Source: Candidatus Woesearchaeota archaeon
GTDB lineage: Archaea > Nanobdellota > Nanobdellia > Pacearchaeales > GW2011-AR1
Reading direction: 5' to 3'
Assembly: GCA_964647695.1 (NCBI GenBank)
Contig: CAZYIS010000005.1
Span: 1-47,490, forward strand
DNA: 47,490 bases
In this document: one piece after another, positions 1 through 8,126 of the stretch
How positions within the stretch are numbered: position 1 is the first letter of the stretch
How the letters are laid out: each line of letters begins with the position of its first letter
Program-made: the position numbers and the translations under genes
Notes under the pieces: model-generated
The model's input: the letters and a program-made list of their open reading frames with translations, nothing else
The model's database searches: none
What the model was told of the DNA's origin: nothing

Positions 1-187
1 TTCTAATCATCATTCCAGATATAATTTTGTAAACTTCATCGGATGATTTGTTTAGCTCAGAGAGAGCATTATCAATTTCATTTAATTCTACTTGAGAAGA
101 TTGTTTTTCCATGGCGAAAGTTTGTAAATTTCTTTCCAGCAATTGTAGCTCTTGTAGTTTAATAGTGATATCTTTACTTATTTCCAT
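1..187 (-). CDS. pfdB: Prefoldin beta subunit (partial, runs off window start)
   Basis: Manual translation MEISKDITIKLQELQLLERNLQTFAMEKQSSQVELNEIDNALSELNKSSDEVYKIISGMMI; coiled coil plus VYK motif; usual position downstream of rpl37ae-rpo12. Confidence 0.85.
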   Translation of the reverse strand, partial: MEISKDITIKLQELQLLERNLQTFAMEKQSSQVELNEIDNALSELNKSSDEVYKIISGMMIR

Positions 188-199
188 TTTAGTTTAGAA

Positions 200-337
200 T
201 TAAATTGCCTTTACTTTGACAATTTGTAATCTTGGTTTGTAGAATATCTTGGAACCACAGTGAGGACATACAAATCTTTTATCTAATACTTTAGAAGTTA
301 TTGCTTTTTCACACTTGAAACATTTGTAGGTGGCCAT
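200..337 (-). CDS. rpo12: RNA polymerase subunit Rpo12 (RpoP), 45 aa
   Basis: Manual translation MATYKCFKCEKAITSKVLDKRFVCPHCGSKIFYKPRLQIVKVKAI; CxxC...CPxCG zinc ribbon; follows eL43. Confidence 0.92.
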   Translation of the reverse strand: MATYKCFKCEKAITSKVLDKRFVCPHCGSKIFYKPRLQIVKVKAI

Positions 338-375
338 GATATTGTTTGTTTTTTATATTTTTAAAGGTATTTAAT

Positions 376-600
376 TTATTTTTTGTAACCTAGATAGTAG
401 GCTGGACCAGCGAATATCTTTCCAGTCTTAAGATCTTTCCAAATTCCGGCAGCGATTCTTACGGCTCTACCGTTGGAATGTGGTGATTTTTGTTTCTTTC
501 TTTGAATAGCTTCAATGGTATTATATTCATTTCTTACTCTAGTTCCATAACCTGCACCAAATTTACCTGCTGCTTTAATCTTTTTAGTTTTACTTCCCAT
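376..600 (-). CDS. rpl37ae: 50S ribosomal protein eL43 (L37Ae), cysteine-less variant
   Basis: AGKFGAGYG, GIW and FAGPAY motifs; synteny with rpo12/pfdB. Confidence 0.9.
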   Translation of the reverse strand: MGSKTKKIKAAGKFGAGYGTRVRNEYNTIEAIQRKKQKSPHSNGRAVRIAAGIWKDLKTGKIFAGPAYYLGYKK

Positions 601-688
601 ATTTTCTTGAGAAAAAGATGCTTTTTAAACTATTCGATTTGAGCCCACTATTGAAAAACATTATAAATAAAGGCAAGTCTAAATTTTT

Positions 689-1108
689 ATGGATATAAAA
701 GTAATTGCTCTGGATATATGGGGAACTGTGTTGCCTAGCGATGATGCTGATAAAGAACTTAGACCTAGAAATGGAATTGAATCATTTTTAGAAGAATGTG
801 AAAGAAGAAAGATTAAAGTTGTTTCTGCATCCGATGCACCTATAGAGACGGTTAGAATCGATATGGTTGACTATGGAATAAATATAGAGAGATTTGATAG
901 ATTTTATCAATTAAAAATGGTACCTAAGAATTTTTCTCAAATTATATCGGACTATGGAATAAAACCAAGAGAACTGCTGGTTATTGGAGATACTCCTGGA
1001 AAAGATATTGAAGGAGCAATTATTGCAGGAGCAGAATATAGATTAGTTAATTCTTATAGGTCGCATCAAGATGATTTTGATTTTTCACGAGATGTTTTTA
1101 AAAAATAA
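689..1108 (+). CDS. HAD-superfamily hydrolase
   Basis: Motif I DIWGT; motif IV IGDTPGKDIEGA. Confidence 0.8.
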   Translation: MDIKVIALDIWGTVLPSDDADKELRPRNGIESFLEECERRKIKVVSASDAPIETVRIDMVDYGINIERFDRFYQLKMVPKNFSQIISDYGIKPRELLVIGDTPGKDIEGAIIAGAEYRLVNSYRSHQDDFDFSRDVFKK

Positions 1109-1110
1109 AA

Positions 1111-1184
1111 TGGGGATACCCGGATTTCAACCGGGGTCGCGAAGTCCCAAACCTCGAATGTTAAGCAGGCTGCACCATATCCCC
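1111..1184 (-). tRNA. tRNA-Pro(UGG), intronless, CCA not encoded
   Basis: GGGGATA/TATCCCC acceptor stem; anticodon arm CGAGG-TTTGGGA-CTTCG; T arm CCCGG-TTGAAAT-CCGGG. Confidence 0.93.
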
Positions 1185-1269
1185 TATCTAAATAAGATAA
1201 AAAATAGGTTTTTAAATTGTTGCAAAAAATAATCTAAATGTTTATAATATACTTAATAAGAAAAAATTT

Positions 1270-2529
1270 ATGTCCTCTAAGAAGATTAAACAACCATTAT
1301 TCCATCATGAGGTCGTAAGATATCTGCAAAAAGTTACGGATAATCCTTGGGAACGATCAACAAGAGAGGTAATTTTCAAAATATTTCCTTCTAAACTCAG
1401 TGCTTATAATTTGGGAATATCGATCAAACATGGAGTTGGTGATGAATTAAGAGAAGTTTACGAAAGAGAATTTATGGCTAGAACAAGTCATTATATTGAA
1501 AAATCCTGTGAACAGGAAAACCTTTCCATAGCTACTTTCAAAGCAGTTTTTAGACCAAATATACCTCTAATTGTAAAAAGAACATTAGATGCAAGATATA
1601 TGAATCCTAACTTTCAATTTATTTATAGAGATTTTTCTGGATATCCGTTATCAAAAGATGCAAAGGAAACCAATAGATCAATATTTATGATGCGAATGAG
1701 CGATACCATAAGGCTTCTGGCAGGCAGCGAACATTTTAAAGGAGTTTGTGAAGATTATGAATTGGTTCAAGAGGTAAAAAATAATCCCGATAAATTCTGT
1801 GAACTAGAGAAGAAGTGCATGGGGCAATTGAGAAGATTTAGTGCTAATACTATTAAGGGAATAGATAAAGAATCTCAACAACAGGAAGGATTATTGGCAA
1901 TATGGGCTGCAGCTCAAGTGTATGAAGGAAGAAACTTGGCAAGGTTTACAACTTTGGCAAAGACGGCATTGAATAATAAATTTATTAGTTTGATAAGATA
2001 TAGTCAAGCAACAAAAAGGAAAGCTAATCGCCATTTGTTGGATTTAGGAAGAGCATCATTTTCGAAAGATTCTTTTCCAGCAAGTTTATTGGATAGGTTG
2101 GTTTATGAACAATGGGAAAGACAACAAGCAGTTTATGATGCAATTGATACTGGAATTAGTGCTAAAAGATTGAAAAACTTATCAGAAGAGGAGATAAATA
2201 CGCTTAGACAAGCTGAATTTTCAGGAAGAGCAATTTCTCCTGCCGAGTTAAATTCTGATTTAATTAATCTGCCGCCAATGTACAAGTGGCTGTATCGTAA
2301 TAAAGGATTTGAAATGGGAAGGTTTGATACTTTAGCTAGAATACAGCAAAATGGAGATCCCAATCATTTGGTTGAAGTGGATGAAACTAATTTTCCACAT
2401 CTAAACGAAAAAGAAATAGATTTATCTCATTCGGTTGAAAGACTAGATTGGGAAGACTTGAATGCCTATGAACAATCTAAATTAATGGGTAAAAATTTAA
2501 GTTATACTGATGATGATTACGGAAATTAA
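1270..2529 (+). CDS. Hypothetical protein with sigma-70 region 2-like (SigH/ComX-like) domain
   Basis: GIDKESQQQEGLLAIWAAAQVY...FTTLAKTALNNKFISLIR...KR matches the sigma region 2 pattern by eye. Confidence 0.55.
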   Translation: MSSKKIKQPLFHHEVVRYLQKVTDNPWERSTREVIFKIFPSKLSAYNLGISIKHGVGDELREVYEREFMARTSHYIEKSCEQENLSIATFKAVFRPNIPLIVKRTLDARYMNPNFQFIYRDFSGYPLSKDAKETNRSIFMMRMSDTIRLLAGSEHFKGVCEDYELVQEVKNNPDKFCELEKKCMGQLRRFSANTIKGIDKESQQQEGLLAIWAAAQVYEGRNLARFTTLAKTALNNKFISLIRYSQATKRKANRHLLDLGRASFSKDSFPASLLDRLVYEQWERQQAVYDAIDTGISAKRLKNLSEEEINTLRQAEFSGRAISPAELNSDLINLPPMYKWLYRNKGFEMGRFDTLARIQQNGDPNHLVEVDETNFPHLNEKEIDLSHSVERLDWEDLNAYEQSKLMGKNLSYTDDDYGN

Positions 2530-2547
2530 TATCGATTCTGAAACTAA

Positions 2548-3036
2548 CTAAATAAGAGTTCCGTCAAAACTATTATTAATGTAATCTTGTAAATCTGATG
2601 ATTTTCTTGAGGTGTGGAGGAATTTTTTCCAGGCTTTTACTTCATGTTCTACTATTCCTAATTCCCAAACACAATAGTTACCTTCATTTTTTGTATCTAA
2701 AGTCCTTAAAGTTTCCCTCATATTTTCTGGCTTGTCAAAACCAAATAAATCGTTATTTAATAGCGTTGGAAATTCTCCACCCCAGATTGAAACATTGATA
2801 TAACCATCTGAAACAATTCCAAAACCTACCCCTAATCTTTTCTTAATTCTTCCATCTCCTAACATTTCAGATATCAAAGATCCAGCAGTAGCCATTGCTT
2901 CTCTTGAAAATGGTTTATCGGGAAGTGAAGTTTTTGAATACATCTTAATAGCTGAATCTGGAGCATAGACTACTGGAGGAAATGGAGTTACAAACCAGGG
3001 TTTCATAACATAATCTTGTAAACTTGTTTCGGTCAT
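2548..3036 (-). CDS. Hypothetical protein
   Basis: 162-aa ORF with upstream TATA-like element; no family recognised. Confidence 0.6.
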   Translation of the reverse strand: MTETSLQDYVMKPWFVTPFPPVVYAPDSAIKMYSKTSLPDKPFSREAMATAGSLISEMLGDGRIKKRLGVGFGIVSDGYINVSIWGGEFPTLLNNDLFGFDKPENMRETLRTLDTKNEGNYCVWELGIVEHEVKAWKKFLHTSRKSSDLQDYINNSFDGTLI

Positions 3037-3094
3037 GAAAAGTTCGATTAAAAATAATATATAAATTTAACTAAATTAAAAATTCAGACAGAAA

Positions 3095-3826
3095 TTATTT
3101 CTTCTTGGCTGCAGGTTTGGCTTCTGCTTTGGCTGCGGCTGGTGCTGCTGCTGGTGTTGCTCCGGCTGCAGGGGCTGCTCCTGGTGCTGCGGCTGCTCCA
3201 GCGGCTGGTGCTGCTGCGGCTGCTGCTGCTTTGGCTGCTTCTTCAGCTGCTTTAGCATCTGCAATTGCCTTCTGATCCTTATCTTGTTTATCCTTAAGAA
3301 CTTTATAGAAGTCGGCTAATTGTTTCTTCTTTTCTGCAGAAACTTCGGTCTTTCCAGATTTGATTTCTTTATCGTAAACTCCGGCTTCAATATCTCTTTC
3401 GATATCTCTTCCGTTCTTATTATCAACAATTACTCCAAGTGAGACGCAGGTTCCAGCTACTAATTTAACTGCTGCTTTCAAATCTTTGGCCAATAAATTT
3501 GATTGTTTGGTTTTTGCAATATCTAGAATTTGTTCGAATGCAATGTTTGCAACTTGATATCCGCCAGCAAGACCTGATCCTTTGTCAAGAGCTGCTGCTT
3601 TTTTGATTAATTCAGCTACTGGTGGTGAAAATACTTTTATCTTGTAGGTTTTAGTTTTAGAATCTACATCAATTTCAACTGGGACTTTGGTTCCTTTGAA
3701 ACCTAGAGTTGCAGCGTTAACGTCAGCGATGACTTTACCCATGTTTATACCTAGAGGTCCGATTTGCTGAGCTACAGCTGGCCCTGGTTTCATGTCTCCG
3801 CCGTCAACTATTAATTTTACTATCAT
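3095..3826 (-). CDS. rpl11: 50S ribosomal protein uL11 with long Ala/Pro-rich C-terminal extension
   Basis: GGDMKPGPAVAQQIGPLGIN, KVPVEI, GTCVSLG; downstream of spt5. Confidence 0.95.
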   Translation of the reverse strand: MIVKLIVDGGDMKPGPAVAQQIGPLGINMGKVIADVNAATLGFKGTKVPVEIDVDSKTKTYKIKVFSPPVAELIKKAAALDKGSGLAGGYQVANIAFEQILDIAKTKQSNLLAKDLKAAVKLVAGTCVSLGVIVDNKNGRDIERDIEAGVYDKEIKSGKTEVSAEKKKQLADFYKVLKDKQDKDQKAIADAKAAEEAAKAAAAAAAPAAGAAAAPGAAPAAGATPAAAPAAAKAEAKPAAKKK

Positions 3827-3832
3827 GTTTGT

Positions 3833-4342
3833 TTATTCGAATGTGAATTCGTCATCCTCCTCTTCGATCTTGATTTCCTTTCTCTCATCCGTATCTTTTT
3901 CCTTATCTTCACGCCTTATAACCTTTACGTTATCTATTTTTACAGTGACAGGAATAGGTACTGATGCTCCAAGAAGAGAAACTACTACTTCTCCTTTGGC
4001 CTTGTCAATTCTTGTAACCTTAGCTTGTTCTCCTTTGAATGTGGATCCGATCATTTCAACAATGTCTCCAACTTCGATGTGATAATCTTCAGCCTTAGGT
4101 TCAATCATGTTCTTTATTTCGGCATAATTTACGGTTTTACCGACGATGCCTTTCACATAGGGTAGATTGAATGCTGCTTCTTCGGCAGAGTCTTTATCCA
4201 GAGCTTCTAAAATCATGTAACCCTTAAGTCCATGAGGTCTTATCAATGAAAAAACATTTAGATTTTTTTTCTCGATTCTTTGTAATATCATTTCCAAAGC
4301 TCGGTCTTCCTTATTTGTTGTGACTTTTATTATAAATAACAT
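3833..4342 (-). CDS. spt5: Transcription elongation factor Spt5 (NusG family)
   Basis: NGN domain (LKGYMILEA) plus KOW (GDIVEMIGSTFKGEQAKV). Confidence 0.95.
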   Translation of the reverse strand: MLFIIKVTTNKEDRALEMILQRIEKKNLNVFSLIRPHGLKGYMILEALDKDSAEEAAFNLPYVKGIVGKTVNYAEIKNMIEPKAEDYHIEVGDIVEMIGSTFKGEQAKVTRIDKAKGEVVVSLLGASVPIPVTVKIDNVKVIRREDKEKDTDERKEIKIEEEDDEFTFE

Positions 4343-4425
4343 TTTTTGTTTAAACTACAACTTAATATCTAAGAAGTAGATAATAGTTGGAGAAAAAAAG
4401 GGTTTTTAAATTATTCGGTTCAATT

Positions 4426-4677
4426 TTAATTCATAAATTTATCCCAAATTCCAGAATACTTCAATAAAAGAGGGGTTGTGAACAGGGAGCCAATTTGATA
4501 GGCCGAGTAGCCTAGAAAAATTAATGTGGATCTAGCATCTAATCTAGGAGTTTTAGAATGATTTTCTTTAGAATGATTGTATAGATGATTAACTGCACCT
4601 ATTCCAAAAGGGATCCAATCGGCCGTATGTAGAAGACCTGCAGATTTACAAGCATCATCAAATTTATTTTCTAACAT
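4426..4677 (-). CDS. Small hypothetical membrane protein
   Basis: 83-aa ORF with hydrophobic segments. Confidence 0.5.
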   Translation of the reverse strand: MLENKFDDACKSAGLLHTADWIPFGIGAVNHLYNHSKENHSKTPRLDARSTLIFLGYSAYQIGSLFTTPLLLKYSGIWDKFMN

Positions 4678-4723
4678 GGTAAGGATTAATATTGATAGTT
4701 TAAAAGAATTACTGAACTGAAAA

Positions 4724-5170
4724 CTAGGAATCTAATTTATTTAGATATTCCTTTAGTCTTTCTATTATTTGAGGAATAAGAAATTTTTCTATTTTTGATT
4801 CAAATATTTCCGATAGGGAAGAAAATTCTGAAATCCTATATTTATTTTCTTGTTTGTCCAATAGAAGAGCATCTCTAAGTCTTTTTAGCTGTCTTCGGAT
4901 ATTACTTTCGGCAAGACCTTTTTCATCCTGGGAAGATATCTTTCTGGCTTCAGCTACTTTATCTCTAATTTCAAAGGAAGTTAGCCAAATCTTATTTTTT
5001 CTTGCTTCTTCTAGAACCAGAATAATATCGACAATTATATCTCTTGAATCTCCGGGTTGCAATAAACCGAGAGATAAACAAACTTTTCTAACCAATTCAC
5101 GCTTGGAAGAATCATAGGGTTTCTCATATCTTCTTATGGTAATTTCTGACAAAGGTATATCTTTAACCAT
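4724..5170 (-). CDS. Putative winged-helix DNA-binding protein
   Basis: LTSFEI...AESNIRRQLKRLRDALLLDKQENKYRI is an HTH-plus-wing pattern. Confidence 0.65.
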   Translation of the reverse strand: MVKDIPLSEITIRRYEKPYDSSKRELVRKVCLSLGLLQPGDSRDIIVDIILVLEEARKNKIWLTSFEIRDKVAEARKISSQDEKGLAESNIRRQLKRLRDALLLDKQENKYRISEFSSLSEIFESKIEKFLIPQIIERLKEYLNKLDS

Positions 5171-5220
5171 GACTATATTAGAATAATAATCATTATAAAT
5201 CTAATTATAATTAAAAACCC

Positions 5221-5574
5221 ATGGAATTAGTTGCATTTCTCGGATCAGATAAAGAAAGTTGGGGGCAGGTTTCTGCACTTATTAATAAGGGTAAATGGGA
5301 TAAAGTAATAATCGTTAAAGACAAGGAAGGGGATGAATCTCCATTTGATTTGTCAGATATTGCTAAAGTCAACACTAAACAACCCATAACTCTTTTGAAA
5401 AATGAAATAATGGAAAAGATTAAACCTTTCCTGGCTGGAGATTTTGAAGTGGCATTGTCCATAGCTTCTGGAAATGGAAAAGAACATATGGCTTTGATTT
5501 CTGCTTTGTTGAGTATTCCGGTGGGAATAAGACTTGTTGCATACACTAAAGATGGAATTGAATTTGTAAACTAA
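5221..5574 (+). CDS. Conserved hypothetical protein, possible CARF-like Rossmann fold
   Basis: LVAFLG...WDKVIIV...VALSIASGNGKEHMALISALL alternating beta/alpha pattern. Confidence 0.55.
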   Translation: MELVAFLGSDKESWGQVSALINKGKWDKVIIVKDKEGDESPFDLSDIAKVNTKQPITLLKNEIMEKIKPFLAGDFEVALSIASGNGKEHMALISALLSIPVGIRLVAYTKDGIEFVN

Positions 5575-6143
5575 CTTCCTTCCATTAATCTTCTTCTTGT
5601 TTCTTCAACTGCATTTTTAACATCTAATCTTGTTTGTAAACTTATTTCAGGTACATTAGAAGCCACAGATATAGGAATATAATCTTCAGCAGTAGAATAA
5701 TTTATATTTGATCTTTTTTTCTTAGGATTATTCTTTTCTTGTAGTTTCTTTAATTGAGCTTCTCCAGATTCTTCATCTGCCTCTTTTAGCTCATCCAGTA
5801 CTTTTTTAGGAATGTCTACGCCATCTAACGGAACATAATTAAATTTAGATTCTAGGCCCTTGAATTTAAAGATCATGTGTACTTCTATTCCTTTTTTTAA
5901 TTTATAGCTAATTTTTGCATTGGGTAAGTCAGTTATATAACTAGGATAATCTCTGGCAAGGTACCCTTTTAATTTTTCTAGATACTCTCCTTTATTTTTT
6001 TGAGCGCCATAATTATCCACGTGGACTCTAGCCCATAACCTATAAATATTGAATCCTGAATTTTTTATGCTTCCTGCTGCTGATTCTGATGCTCTAGATT
6101 TTAATTCAAGATCCTCGTGAGTATTGAAACCATCTTCGACCAT
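5571..6143 (-). CDS. Hypothetical protein
   Basis: 190-aa ORF, no motif recognised. Confidence 0.55.
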   Translation of the reverse strand: MVEDGFNTHEDLELKSRASESAAGSIKNSGFNIYRLWARVHVDNYGAQKNKGEYLEKLKGYLARDYPSYITDLPNAKISYKLKKGIEVHMIFKFKGLESKFNYVPLDGVDIPKKVLDELKEADEESGEAQLKKLQEKNNPKKKRSNINYSTAEDYIPISVASNVPEISLQTRLDVKNAVEETRRRLMEGS

Positions 6144-6221
6144 GAAAAAATAGCTAATCTAGGGTTTAATAAGTTAATGATTATTGAGTAGGTTTATAAA
6201 TTTCTATTACGAAAGTTAATC

Positions 6222-6560
6222 ATGAAAAAGAGTATAATCCTAGTTTTGTTATTGGTTTTATTATTTGGGGGAATTCTTGCTTTTAGATATACCCAGGCTC
6301 ATGCAATAAAAGAACCTTCCATTCTATGCAATAAAAAGTATTTAGGTTGTGAAACGAAGAGTATAGAATTTTGTAGCGAAAATAATCAAACAAATTATAA
6401 AATAGCCACTTCCTGTGCTAATTTGGCCAATGATTATTTTGATTCTAAATTTAATTATAAGGCTAGTTGTTTAGGAAATAAGAGTCCTAATGAAAGCATA
6501 TATGATTTTAGTGAATTTTGTGCTAAAGTAACTTGTTCGAATGAAACAATTAATTGTTAA
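6222..6560 (+). CDS. Secreted/membrane-anchored Cys-rich small protein
   Basis: N-terminal signal/TM segment; 8 Cys in the remainder. Confidence 0.6.
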   Translation: MKKSIILVLLLVLLFGGILAFRYTQAHAIKEPSILCNKKYLGCETKSIEFCSENNQTNYKIATSCANLANDYFDSKFNYKASCLGNKSPNESIYDFSEFCAKVTCSNETINC

Positions 6561-7585
6561 TCTTCTTCGGAAACTTCTTGGATTGAACTGGAGCTTTCTC
6601 TGAATGAACTAGGGGCATGTTTTTCATCATCGTCTATGGATTCTCCTTCGACTGCTTCTTCTAGAGATTCTCCGAGAGGATTGGCAAATTCATTTTCCAC
6701 TCTATCGGCTCTAGCTCGTTGTTCGGGAGTTAGTTCGGCGTGGAGTTTCTTCATTTCTTCTTCTACTTCTTTTTTCATTTGAGCTAACATGGCAGAGTTC
6801 TTTTTTTCATAAATATGTTTTAGTAAAATCCAAATTTCCGCTAGATGTCCTTCCTGTTCAAGCCAAACTTTTTGCTGATTATCTAAATGTAATAAGGGAA
6901 TAAATGTGGCAATTCTTTCTTCATCTGTTGTGCCGGCAAGTTCTGAGAAAGGAAGACTCTCTTCTCGGGTTTTGAATATCTCTTCTAATTTTGAGTAAAC
7001 TTCTAGGATTTTATCCTTTAGATTAATCTTTGAACGAGGCATGAACATGGCTGTTTCGAATTCCTGTTGTTTTGCCAGAACTATTTTTTTAATACGTCTA
7101 TTTTCAGTGACTATGGCTGTATTGAGTGCTTTCATAAGTTCTTCCAGAGTTACTTTTTTATATCTTGGAAGAGGAGTTTTGGCCACTAGACCTGGAATGG
7201 ATTCATCAAGAATTATACGATTTTGAACATACTTCTTTTCTTCATCTTTCCTATTGAATAGAATTGCGTCTAAACTTGGAAGTTCTTGATCCAATAAGAT
7301 GTCGGATTTTATTCTAAGAAGAATGGCCGCGGCTAGAAGTACCTTACTGGAAATAAAGAAATTGGCTTCTTCTAGTAAACGAACTCTTTCCAGATATTTA
7401 TCGGTTAGAACGCTCAGATCGATGTCCCAGGGATCTAATTGTTCCGTATTGATTAGATCATAGATGATTTCATGCCAGGTAAGCTTTTCTCCGAATAGAA
7501 GTGAGTGGATTTGTTCTTGGCCCACCTTAGCATTAACGGGAGTAGGATTAACCACTGCCTCTTGAACCTCATTATCTTCTTCCAT
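6557..7585 (-). CDS. scpA: Segregation and condensation protein A (kleisin)
   Basis: LDPWDIDL, LLAAAILLRIKS, VTLEELM, TFIPLLHL...LEQ motifs. Confidence 0.9.
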   Translation of the reverse strand: MEEDNEVQEAVVNPTPVNAKVGQEQIHSLLFGEKLTWHEIIYDLINTEQLDPWDIDLSVLTDKYLERVRLLEEANFFISSKVLLAAAILLRIKSDILLDQELPSLDAILFNRKDEEKKYVQNRIILDESIPGLVAKTPLPRYKKVTLEELMKALNTAIVTENRRIKKIVLAKQQEFETAMFMPRSKINLKDKILEVYSKLEEIFKTREESLPFSELAGTTDEERIATFIPLLHLDNQQKVWLEQEGHLAEIWILLKHIYEKKNSAMLAQMKKEVEEEMKKLHAELTPEQRARADRVENEFANPLGESLEEAVEGESIDDDEKHAPSSFRESSSSIQEVSEED

Positions 7586-7680
7586 TTTATGCTTTTGTTA
7601 AAACGAACAAGTTTAAATGCCTTTAGTTATAACCTATAGGAGCAAAGGGTAAAAGTGTATTCATTCTATAGTTACAACAT

Positions 7681-7698
7681 ACCGAAAGATTTAAATAT
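7681..7698 (+). promoter_or_regulatory. BRE/TATA-like promoter with no downstream ORF
   Basis: ACCGAAAGATTTAAATAT fits archaeal BRE+TATA. Confidence 0.5.
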
Positions 7699-7718
7699 GG
7701 CTAATACCTGCATATATT

Positions 7719-7790
7719 ATCACCTCTTTTTTCCCAGAGGGAGACGTTTCATCGCTCTTCTTGATTGATGAGGCCTCTCCTTCATGGGTT
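7719..7790 (+). ncRNA. Candidate small structured RNA (about 20-bp hairpin)
   Basis: CCCA-GAGGGAGA-C-GTTTCATC pairs with GATGAGGC-C-TCTCCTTC-A-TGGG, with G-U pairs on the + strand; lies downstream of a TATA box. Confidence 0.35.
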
Positions 7791-8126
7791 ATATTCACTA
7801 AAGGATTTTAATGAATTTAAGAGAAAATGATTATTCTGGGATTAAGGGTAATAAAAGAAGAGAGTGAAAAAAGGGTTTTATATTCAATTGATTGAAAAAT
7901 AATTCTTCAAAGCCTTTCGGCATTTAAGTCCTTGTTTTATATAAGGCAAGAAAGGCGAAGAATTATAATTTATTTTTAAATAATTCTCTTTGATTCAGCA
8001 AAATTAGAATTGCAACTGGAAGGATAAACCAATAACTAGTGGTATAGGTTAAAACAAGAAAAATTAGAGCTAAAATTGATTGAATCAGAACAGTTTTATT
8101 AATACTAGATTTTTTCATGATTTCAT

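Noticed and set aside
1111-3036. tRNA-anchored integrated element carrying the sigma-like gene
   Set aside because: No integrase and no duplicated tRNA end (att site) seen in the window
3076-3264. Gln/Pro-rich 62-aa ORF and GCT-rich repeat
   Set aside because: Alternative frame of the Ala-rich uL11 tail
7586-8126. Replication origin in the long intergenic gap
   Set aside because: No adjacent cdc6/orc1 and no repeated ORB-like boxes recognised
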